Assembly (NCBI GenBank): GCA_039180205.1
Contig: JBCDDR010000001.1
Coordinates: 1-38,463, forward strand
Direction: 5' to 3'
Origin: Pseudomonadota bacterium
GTDB lineage: Bacteria; Pseudomonadota; Alphaproteobacteria; Sphingomonadales; JBCDDR01
Length of the DNA stretch: 38,463 nucleotides
In this document: positions 18,988-26,139 of the stretch, piece by piece
Position numbering within the stretch: position 1 is the first letter of the stretch
How the letters are laid out: the number at the start of each line of letters is the position of its first letter
The notes under the pieces: generated by a model
Database searches by the model: none
Seen by the model: the letters and a program-made list of their open reading frames with translations, nothing else
Told to the model about the DNA's origin: nothing
Made by a program: the position numbers and the translations under genes

Positions 18988-20598
18988 ATGTCTGCCAGTA
19001 AAGCCGAGGTTCTGGCTGGTCTGCGTGCTGAGCGTGAGTTATTAAACGTTATTCCAACGAAACGACTTTTTACAGACGATCCGAAGCGTATGGACGTGTT
19101 TTCACGAGATGCATGTGGACTTCACGTTGATTTTTCCAAGCACCGGCTTCGGCGCTCCACACTCGACCTGCTGTTAAGCTGGGAGGATGCATGCGGCGTA
19201 GGCGCATTACGCGATAAGATGTTCGCGGGTGCCGAAATAAATGAAAGCGAAGATAGGGCCGTTCTCCATACTGCGCTTCGCGATCAGGCGCAGTCACCGC
19301 TCAGCCCGGGTCATGCGCGCGTCATGAATGAGGTTATGACCGTCCGCGCCAATATGCGTGCCTTCGTCACGCGATTGGAAGCGGGACAGTTTGCGCCTTC
19401 CCACGCACCCATTGAAACGGTGATCCACGTTGGTATCGGCGGTTCGGAACTTGGTCCGAAATTATTGGTTGATGCGCTGCCCCCGCGCCAAAACGCTCCC
19501 GTAACTCGGTTCCTCGCCAATCTTGATGGAACCGAATATGAACGCGCGATCGCGGGTGCGGACCCCCGGTCAACTCTGGTGATTGCGGCATCCAAGAGCT
19601 TCACAACCTGGGAAACCAAGGCAAACGTTGAAAAACTCTGGGCATGGCTGAAGGCTGGCGGCATTGACAATCCCGGGGCTCATATTGTCGCCCTCACAGC
19701 GAAACCCGAGCTTGCGGCCAAACTTGGTGTGCCTGGAGAACAGATCTTTCCGCTTTGGGATTGGGTTGGTGGGCGTTATTCGCTTTGGTCCGCCATTGGA
19801 TTGCCCTTTGCTGTTCACGCAGGGTGGGACGCGTTTTGTGAGCTTTTACAGGGCGCGCGCGAAATGGATGAGCATTTCCTGACCGCAGACGCTGAACATA
19901 ACCTCCCCATTCTTCTGGGTCTGATCGGCGCCTGGTACATTCATTTCCATGGTGCGGAAACCCAGGCCGTTTTTGCCTATGATCACCGACTCGCCAAACT
20001 GCCTTCGTTTCTGCAACAGCTGGATATGGAAAGTAATGGCAAGGGCATTACCAAGGCCGGCGATCCTGTTGAAGGCTCAACCGGTCCGATCATTTGGGGT
20101 GGTGAAGGCACGCTGGTTCAGCACGCGGTGATGCAGCTGATGCATCAGTCGCCTCGCTTGGTGCCGGCAGATTTTATTATCGCACGCGACCCCCGGCATG
20201 ACCATATTGATCACCATCAGGGACTGATCGCAAACTGCCTGGCACAGTCGGCCGCGCTCATGAACGGTCGCAGCCTCGAAGAAACGATTGCGCTCTATCC
20301 TGAGCTTGCCGAGCGTCCGGAAATTGCGGCACAGCGGACCTATCCAGGCAACAAGCCGTCATCAACGATCGTTCTCGACGCCTTCACACCACACCATATC
20401 GGCGCATTGCTTGCGCTTTACGAGCACAAGGTCCTGGTCCAATCCGCACTTTGGGAGATCAATGCGTTCGACCAATGGGGCGTTGAACTTGGCAAGCTTG
20501 CGGCCAACGACGTTCACGCAGCGCTCGTTTCAAAGGGTGAAGCGACTGATTTTGATAGGTCTACGAATGCACTAATTGCAAAACTGCGTCGCAGCTAA
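18988..20598 (+). CDS. pgi: Glucose-6-phosphate isomerase
   Basis: 536 aa with PGI signatures: GIGGSELGP, SKSFTTWET, DWVGGRYSLWSAIGL, ESNGK and NAFDQWGVELGK. Confidence 0.97.
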   Translation: MSASKAEVLAGLRAERELLNVIPTKRLFTDDPKRMDVFSRDACGLHVDFSKHRLRRSTLDLLLSWEDACGVGALRDKMFAGAEINESEDRAVLHTALRDQAQSPLSPGHARVMNEVMTVRANMRAFVTRLEAGQFAPSHAPIETVIHVGIGGSELGPKLLVDALPPRQNAPVTRFLANLDGTEYERAIAGADPRSTLVIAASKSFTTWETKANVEKLWAWLKAGGIDNPGAHIVALTAKPELAAKLGVPGEQIFPLWDWVGGRYSLWSAIGLPFAVHAGWDAFCELLQGAREMDEHFLTADAEHNLPILLGLIGAWYIHFHGAETQAVFAYDHRLAKLPSFLQQLDMESNGKGITKAGDPVEGSTGPIIWGGEGTLVQHAVMQLMHQSPRLVPADFIIARDPRHDHIDHHQGLIANCLAQSAALMNGRSLEETIALYPELAERPEIAAQRTYPGNKPSSTIVLDAFTPHHIGALLALYEHKVLVQSALWEINAFDQWGVELGKLAANDVHAALVSKGEATDFDRSTNALIAKLRRS

Positions 20599-21419
20599 AC
20601 ACCGACAGCGGGGTCGGCGACGGCAATGAAACCGCCATTACGAAAATCCGGTTTGCCGTAAATGAACGGCTCCCCCTCGGGCGTGAAAACAGCCCCGCCA
20701 GCCGCGGCCAGAACTGCATGACCTGCCGCGGTATCCCATTCCATTGTCGGGCCAAAACGCGGGTAAAGATCGGCCTCTCCCCGGGCAAGCAGACAGAATT
20801 TCAGCGAACTGCCCGCCGAGCGGATATCGCGAATACCGCGCCGTTCCAGATACTTATTTGTGGCGTCATCGCGGTGTGATTTGCTCGCGACAACGGTGAG
20901 CGATGCCAAATCCGCAGTTCGTACCCTGATCGGTGTCCGCACGGCATTCGAGAGGGCACGCGCCAGATCCGCACCTGCAAGCGGTGCGATGTCTTGCGTG
21001 AAAGCCCCCTCACCCACAATACCGCCAAACAATGCGTTGCGCGCAGGGGCATAAACCAGACCAAGTGTTGGTATACCCTGCTCGACCAGCGCAACATTCA
21101 CGGTAAAATCGGTGCGTTTTTTGATAAACTCTTTGGTGCCGTCGAGAGGATCGATCAACCAAAAAACGTCCGGGGCTTCTGCGGGCAGGCCCCCAGCCGA
21201 TGCGGCTTCTTCTGCAACCGTTGTGATATCCGGGGTCAGACGTTCGATAGCCGCTAAAAGAACCGCCTCGGCCCGACCGTCTGCCTCGGTCACAGGTGAC
21301 TGATCATCCTTGGTCACAACAGCAATATCGCCCTCGTAAACATCCATAATGACGTGGCCAGCCTCAACTACAGGTCGGATAAGTGCGCCTAAGAGCGCGT
21401 TTTTTTGTGTATCTGTCAT
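20595..21419 (-). CDS. cysQ: 3'(2'),5'-bisphosphate nucleotidase / inositol monophosphatase family
   Basis: Motifs WLIDPLDGTKEF and WDTAAGHAVL. 274 aa. The choice between CysQ and another IMPase-family member rests on length and motif resemblance only. Confidence 0.8.
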   Translation of the reverse strand: MTDTQKNALLGALIRPVVEAGHVIMDVYEGDIAVVTKDDQSPVTEADGRAEAVLLAAIERLTPDITTVAEEAASAGGLPAEAPDVFWLIDPLDGTKEFIKKRTDFTVNVALVEQGIPTLGLVYAPARNALFGGIVGEGAFTQDIAPLAGADLARALSNAVRTPIRVRTADLASLTVVASKSHRDDATNKYLERRGIRDIRSAGSSLKFCLLARGEADLYPRFGPTMEWDTAAGHAVLAAAGGAVFTPEGEPFIYGKPDFRNGGFIAVADPAVGV

Positions 21420-21484
21420 AGTTGAAGCGGGTAACGCGTTTCGCGCGGCATCGCCAGACTTTTTTGGAGCGATTTAGAGAGCCA

Positions 21485-21521
21485 AAACGAAAAACCGGCC
21501 CAGGCGAAACACCCGGACCGG
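21485..21521 (-). terminator. Rho-independent terminator of the GntR/ABC operon
   Basis: On the minus strand, CCGGUCCGGG-ugugucg-like 7-nt loop-CCUGGGCCGG forms a 10-bp stem including 2 G-U pairs (21512-21521 / 21495-21504). It is followed by TTTTTCGTTTT and begins 28 nt after the permease stop. Confidence 0.75.
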
Positions 21522-21548
21522 CACGTTTTAGAACAACGAAAAGTGCGC

Positions 21549-22514
21549 TTACAGTGCCCGCGCGCGCCGGAGATAAACCGCGCCCGCAAGAAAAGCGACG
21601 CCCACAATTGTTCCAATCAGAAATTGTAGACTGAAAAATCCTTCGGCAACGCGGCCGAAATCAACGAATGGGGCGATCGTGATGTCATTTCCATCGGCAA
21701 AGCTCTCTCCGACCTGCTCCTCAATTACACCGCCATAACCATACCCGGTGACGAGGTCGCCAAGGAGGAGCGCAAACTTGCCGCTTCTAGTGATGATCCC
21801 TTCGAGCACGATAATCAATACCGGCGGGACAACCGCGAAAAGCAGTGGAGCGCGCGGCGCATAGGCCGATGCCAGCATGAACCACGCGAACAGCGGGAGC
21901 GCCCAGAGCGCATGCAGGAAGATAAAGATAATCGAAGAAAACAACACACTTAAGAACGGGACGTTGCTGAGGACGATGGTCCAGGGATTGAACCCGTAAA
22001 ACCCAACGACGACCGACATCAGGATCAACACGGCGATCTGGACCAGGACCGTCACGGCCAAGGCAACCAGCGGAAGCATGACCACCGCAGCAAGATATTT
22101 GGAAGCAACGGTCTCAACATCCGAAATAGGCATCGATTTCCAAAACAGGATCGACCGATCGGAACGCTCGTCAAATAGCGAGCCAAGCAACTGGAAAACC
22201 GTCACAACGAAGGCGATTGCGAAAATGGGTGAACTGACACCAAGCAAAAGGCCTGCAAATATCTTTGAACGGGTCGCCGAAGATTGATCCAGCCATTCTT
22301 CCATGCCATTGGCAAAGTCACTGCTATCAAAACTGAAGCCGTCGACGTCCACCGTCCCGAAACCCGAGATCGCGGTCACCGCTGCAAATATCGCGAGAAT
22401 CAAGAGAATGGCGGCGATAATCAGCGGGACCGTGACCATACCATTGCGATGCTCGAGAAATTCGCGCCAGCACATCGTCATGACGTTTTTTGTAGAGAAT
22501 GTGAGCGAACTCAT
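21549..22514 (-). CDS. ABC-2-type transporter permease
   Basis: 321 aa, about 6 TM helices, with the motif ERSDRSILFWKSMPIS typical of ABC-2 membrane subunits. GGAG SD lies 6 nt upstream of ATG 22514. Confidence 0.8.
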   Translation of the reverse strand: MSSLTFSTKNVMTMCWREFLEHRNGMVTVPLIIAAILLILAIFAAVTAISGFGTVDVDGFSFDSSDFANGMEEWLDQSSATRSKIFAGLLLGVSSPIFAIAFVVTVFQLLGSLFDERSDRSILFWKSMPISDVETVASKYLAAVVMLPLVALAVTVLVQIAVLILMSVVVGFYGFNPWTIVLSNVPFLSVLFSSIIFIFLHALWALPLFAWFMLASAYAPRAPLLFAVVPPVLIIVLEGIITRSGKFALLLGDLVTGYGYGGVIEEQVGESFADGNDITIAPFVDFGRVAEGFFSLQFLIGTIVGVAFLAGAVYLRRARAL

Positions 22515-22535
22515 GGGGCTCTCCTAAATTCGTAG

Positions 22536-23453
22536 TTATTCGCCTGCGGCAGCAAACGCTGGCGCCGCGGGCACAGATTGGGGTGCAGGGCTCATGCCTT
22601 GCATTTTCGCGACAAACACATCGGACAGTGACACACGGCGAACCTCGCCAAACTGCGCAAGCTCCCCATGCGGAACATCCTCAAACATGAAGATCGTTCT
22701 GCCCAATGATGTGCGCCGCCAGATCGGATTGAGCGCCATAGCCGCCTCCGTATGATCGGGATGCACTTCAACCGCGGCGATCCGGTTCGAGAGGTCGTCC
22801 ATCGCTGCGCGCAGTACGATCTCACCTTCGCGAATGAACATAACGTCGCTCAGAATCGCCTCGATTTCTTCGACCTGGTGCGTGGTGATGATGATTGTCC
22901 GCCCCTCGTCAAAATACTCGCCAATCAGGCTTTCGTAAAAATCCTTACGAAAGATAATGTCGAGCCCGAGGGTCGGCTCGTCGAGAACCAGAAGCTTCGC
23001 ATCGATCGCCATCACGATCGCCAGATGCAGCTGAACGGTCATCCCTTTTGATAGGGTTTTCACGCGCGAACCAAGCTTGATCTTTGTTTTGGCGAACCGG
23101 TGTTCAAAAACCGCGCGATCGAACTTCGGATGGACACGCTCGACCATCGAGATCACATCGCGAACCCGCGCCCACTTTGGCAAGGTTGCCACGTCCGAAA
23201 TAAAGCAGACTTCCTGCATCAGCTCGGCGCGCTCAAGAAACGGATCCCGGCCCAGAACCTTGAGTTCGCCCTCGTAGGACATGAGACCTAAAATCGCGTT
23301 GAGCATCGTTGTCTTTCCGGCGCCGTTGGCACCGATGACCCCAAGGACGCACCCTTCAGGAATATCGAACGTGGAGGGCTTTAGGGCAGCCACACCGCCA
23401 TAGGTTTTGCCCAGTCCACGCGCCTGGATTAGAGGGGTTTGCGATGTCATCAC
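22536..23453 (-). CDS. ABC transporter ATP-binding protein
   Basis: Walker A GANGAGKTT, signature LSKGMTVQL and Walker B LLVLDEPT. The start is GTG 23453 or ATG 23450, and either overlaps the GntR stop (GTGATG). Confidence 0.93.
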   Translation of the reverse strand: MMTSQTPLIQARGLGKTYGGVAALKPSTFDIPEGCVLGVIGANGAGKTTMLNAILGLMSYEGELKVLGRDPFLERAELMQEVCFISDVATLPKWARVRDVISMVERVHPKFDRAVFEHRFAKTKIKLGSRVKTLSKGMTVQLHLAIVMAIDAKLLVLDEPTLGLDIIFRKDFYESLIGEYFDEGRTIIITTHQVEEIEAILSDVMFIREGEIVLRAAMDDLSNRIAAVEVHPDHTEAAMALNPIWRRTSLGRTIFMFEDVPHGELAQFGEVRRVSLSDVFVAKMQGMSPAPQSVPAAPAFAAAGE

Positions 23454-23830
23454 GAATGCTCCCCATTCATATTTGTCGATGGTGATTTCTGGACCAGTTC
23501 CTCAGCCTGCAGGCCGAGTTGCTCAATGCGTTCAAGAATGGCAGGCCATTCATGGGTCAGGAAATGGCGCCTTTCGCTGTCTAATAATTTGGCGCGCGCG
23601 CCTTCGGTAACAAACATTCCCAACCCCCTTCGTTTCTCAACAATCTCTTCCGACGCCAGCTCTTGGTAGGCTTTTGACGCTGTTAGCGGATTGATCTGAT
23701 AATCAACCGCCACCGAGCGAACCGATGGCAGCGCCTCGCCTTCATTGAGGCTGCCGTCCATGATCCGCGCGATCATTTGATCCTTTAATTGCCGATAAAT
23801 CGGTTGATCTTCTTTCCATGTGATCGTCAC
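23450..23830 (-). CDS. GntR-family transcriptional regulator, short YtrA-like subfamily
   Basis: 126 aa. The winged-HTH region LPSVRSVAVDYQINPLTASKAYQELASEEIV is followed by only a short C-terminal helical part. AAGGA SD lies 7 nt before the GTG start. Confidence 0.88.
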   Translation of the reverse strand: MTITWKEDQPIYRQLKDQMIARIMDGSLNEGEALPSVRSVAVDYQINPLTASKAYQELASEEIVEKRRGLGMFVTEGARAKLLDSERRHFLTHEWPAILERIEQLGLQAEELVQKSPSTNMNGEHS

Positions 23831-23945
23831 AAGACAGTCCTTTTCTTAATCGAATACGAAACAGCGTTTTTCGGGAAACCCCCACAAAGCCGCGATGGAG
23901 GCCTTCGAACGTGCGCTGAACCCGTTGTGATCGGAAATGACCGCC

Positions 23946-24128
23946 TCAGGACGCCCAAATGGAGGAAGATGCACTAAACATGCCGTTGGTCTGGGCGCTG
24001 AAGCCCGCCCCACAACGGGTTTCGGACCGAGCACTTTGATGATGTGAAGACATCAACGTTCCGGCACCGAGGCTTGTGGCAGCTCTCGAGGCGGACCGTT
24101 TGTAAGGTAATTTTGCATAACCACGCAT
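23946..24128 (-). CDS. Candidate 60-aa small protein in the leader of the GntR/ABC operon (hypothetical)
   Basis: ATG start with AAGGAA 6 nt upstream. The peptide is basic, Ser/Ala/Gly-rich and has no TM segment. Third-position GC is about 52%, which is not clearly coding. No recognisable family. Confidence 0.2.
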   Translation of the reverse strand: MRGYAKLPYKRSASRAATSLGAGTLMSSHHQSARSETRCGAGFSAQTNGMFSASSSIWAS

Positions 24129-24191
24129 TGCGTATTCCTTTCACTTTCCGACTTTAGGGCGGCGACTCATGAGGCCTTCGCCGCAATCATG

Positions 24192-24225
24192 GTGTTATAC
24201 ATAACTAATACACTGATTATGTCAA
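24192..24225 (-). promoter_or_regulatory. Candidate sigma70-type promoter plus palindromic GntR/YtrA operator
   Basis: On the minus strand: TTGACA (24225-24220), a 16-nt spacer, then TATGTA (24203-24198). These are overlapped by the imperfect inverted repeat GTGTATTA-N6-TATAACAC (24213-24192). Confidence 0.45.
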
Positions 24226-24229
24226 GCCG

Positions 24230-25303
24230 TTATATGAAAGAAATATAATCCCAACTCGCGATCATGATGAGCAGCGTGAAGGAGATGTTGAGGAGAATGC
24301 CATAGCCGAAGCCTGCAACGAAGCTCTTCACCACCGATTTGATCCAACCCTGACCCGAGTAAATCTTAAGGGCCACAGTCAGATAAATAGAGGTAACGAT
24401 GAAGAAGGCGCCGGCCATAGGCCAGCCTCCAAATCTGCCATCGGTGAGTGCGACGAGGGTAAACATCGCCATCAGCAGGAAAAACATAAAGACATGATAA
24501 TGAAGCGAAAACAGGAGATGGCCAACGAGAACAAGCTTGCGCCGCACATAGAGCAGTCCCAGGAGCAAACTGAAGAGCGGGAGCTGAATGATCAACAGGC
24601 GTGGCAGATATTCATTGATTAGCCGGTTGAAGGCGCGCGGATCGCTCATCACCCGGTTGATCCCCGTCATCAGGTTGCGACTAAACTCCTGGGACTTTTC
24701 GTCTTCATCCTGAAGATCGACCTTCATGATCTGTTGGATGACCTCTTCATTGAAAATCCCACTGATTGTCTCCGGCGGGGGCGCGGGCACAAACACCTCG
24801 AATGAGGCGCCGCTCAGATCGAATATCTGAGGCGCTTCGGTGCCTTCACCTCCCTCACCGCCGAAACGCGCGGTGATCTCTTCGGCAAGTGCATCCTCAT
24901 AGGTCACCTCTTGCGTGAGCGAACGTGCGCGCGCGGTGGTGACCGCTTCTTCAACCTGGGCGATCCGCGCGCGTTCCTCATCGCTGATCCTGATATTGAA
25001 GATGGCAACATCTGTTAGTTGCAATACGAGAAATAATAACAAAGTCGCCCCAAGATAAAGCCGGATCGGCGGCACATACCGGGCACGCCTACCGTCCATA
25101 TAATCGCGCGTGATACGTCCTGGAAAAACGGCAAGCGAGCCGAGCGTTCGCCAGAGCCGCGCCTCAAAAGAGAAAATGGCGTCCAGCGTATCCGCGATAA
25201 ATGTGATCGATGAACGCCTTGCATTGAGGTCGCGCTGGCCGCAGCGATGACAGTAAATTCCGCGAAGGTCGGCCCCGCAGTTCAGGCAGCGCTTCTTGAT
25301 CAT
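24230..25303 (-). CDS. DUF3667-like membrane protein with an N-terminal zinc ribbon
   Basis: N-terminus CLNCGADLRGIYCHRCGQ (C-x2-C...C-x2-C), then PGRITRDYMDGRRARYVPPIRLYL and multiple TM helices. The DUF3667 assignment is from memory of that family's signature. Confidence 0.7.
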   Translation of the reverse strand: MIKKRCLNCGADLRGIYCHRCGQRDLNARRSSITFIADTLDAIFSFEARLWRTLGSLAVFPGRITRDYMDGRRARYVPPIRLYLGATLLLFLVLQLTDVAIFNIRISDEERARIAQVEEAVTTARARSLTQEVTYEDALAEEITARFGGEGGEGTEAPQIFDLSGASFEVFVPAPPPETISGIFNEEVIQQIMKVDLQDEDEKSQEFSRNLMTGINRVMSDPRAFNRLINEYLPRLLIIQLPLFSLLLGLLYVRRKLVLVGHLLFSLHYHVFMFFLLMAMFTLVALTDGRFGGWPMAGAFFIVTSIYLTVALKIYSGQGWIKSVVKSFVAGFGYGILLNISFTLLIMIASWDYISFI

Positions 25304-25319
25304 GCTATCGCTCCCGCTT

Positions 25320-25335
25320 TAGGGTCAGGACCCTA
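25320..25335. promoter_or_regulatory. Perfect 16-bp palindrome TAGGGTC-AG-GACCCTA in a divergent promoter region
   Basis: Read directly from the sequence. It lies 17-32 nt upstream of the DUF3667 start codon and 85 nt upstream of the divergent gene. The 2-nt spacer is too short for an RNA hairpin loop, so a protein-binding site is more likely. Confidence 0.5.
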
Positions 25336-25419
25336 GATTTGATCGGCTTGCCTTTTTATGCACAAAAACGCCATGTTGTGTCATTCGATCGGTTTTTGTG
25401 GATAGGAATTCGAAACAAG

Positions 25420-26127
25420 ATGAACGAGAATAAGGGCTGCATTTCCAAAATGAGGATCCGGACCATCCTGCCGCGTTTTGCAGGGTATGGTTTGCTTTTG
25501 GTAGCCGCCGGACTTGCATTTGCAATGAATGTAACATCGGCCAACGCCCAGGAGATCGACCCCGCGACCCTGGCGCGATGTGCGGCGATTGTTGACCAGC
25601 GCGACCGCCTACAATGTTATGATCAGGCGATTGACGGTCTCACCCAGGAAACCCGTGAGCAGGCCGAAGAACGCCGCCGGGAAGAGCAACGCGAAGCCGA
25701 GGCCCGCGCCCGCCGCGAACAGGAAGAGAAAGCGCGCCGGGAAAGGGAGGCCCGAGAGGCCGCGGAAAGGGCCAGACTTCAGGCCGAAGAACGCCGCCGA
25801 CAAGCGGAGATCGATCGCGAAAAGGCGAAGATCGACAATTTTGGTAAGGAAGCGGTCGACACCGAGAAAGAACGCGCGCGCAAGGAAAAGGCCAAAACCA
25901 CCGCCAAACGGATTTCCGCGCGCGTCACCGATATACGGTTCAACCGCGCCGGGCAATTTATGGTCGCGCTGGATAACGAGCAGGTTTGGAAACAAAAGGG
26001 CGCCGATCGTTTCCTTCGCAAACGCAACTATGATGGGGCTGTCTCGATCAAAAAGCGGTTCCCGAGTGGATATCTGATGACCTTCGAGGACATCGGTCAC
26101 ACCTTTGCTGCGACTCGCGTCCGTTAA
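25420..26127 (+). CDS. Secreted hypothetical protein with an Arg/Glu-rich coiled-coil segment
   Basis: Signal peptide MRIRTILPRFAGYGLLLVAAGLAFAMNVTSANA, a Cys pair in CAAIVDQRDRLQCYD, an ~80-aa ER-rich helix, and a C-terminal beta domain (VALDNEQVWKQ...). The start is ATG 25420 or ATG 25450; the ORF-track TTG at 25339 is unlikely. Confidence 0.7.
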   Translation: MNENKGCISKMRIRTILPRFAGYGLLLVAAGLAFAMNVTSANAQEIDPATLARCAAIVDQRDRLQCYDQAIDGLTQETREQAEERRREEQREAEARARREQEEKARREREAREAAERARLQAEERRRQAEIDREKAKIDNFGKEAVDTEKERARKEKAKTTAKRISARVTDIRFNRAGQFMVALDNEQVWKQKGADRFLRKRNYDGAVSIKKRFPSGYLMTFEDIGHTFAATRVR

Positions 26128-26139
26128 AAGCTTCGGACA

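Noticed and set aside
23846-24034. 62-codon GTG ORF ending 16 nt before the GntR start.
   Set aside because: It has no SD and a Pro/Arg/Ala-rich translation, and it overlaps the other candidate ORF in a different frame. It is less plausible than the ATG ORF at 23946-24128, which is itself low confidence.
23860-24180. Possible housekeeping RNA gene (tmRNA, SRP/4.5S, RNase P, 6S) in the long gap.
   Set aside because: I could not find the conserved cores I remember: GGAAGCAGCC-type SRP domain IV, GAGGAAAGUCCGG for RNase P, or a tRNA-like T-arm/ACCA and alanine-rich tag for tmRNA. It stays unassigned, and a covariance-model scan is needed to be sure.
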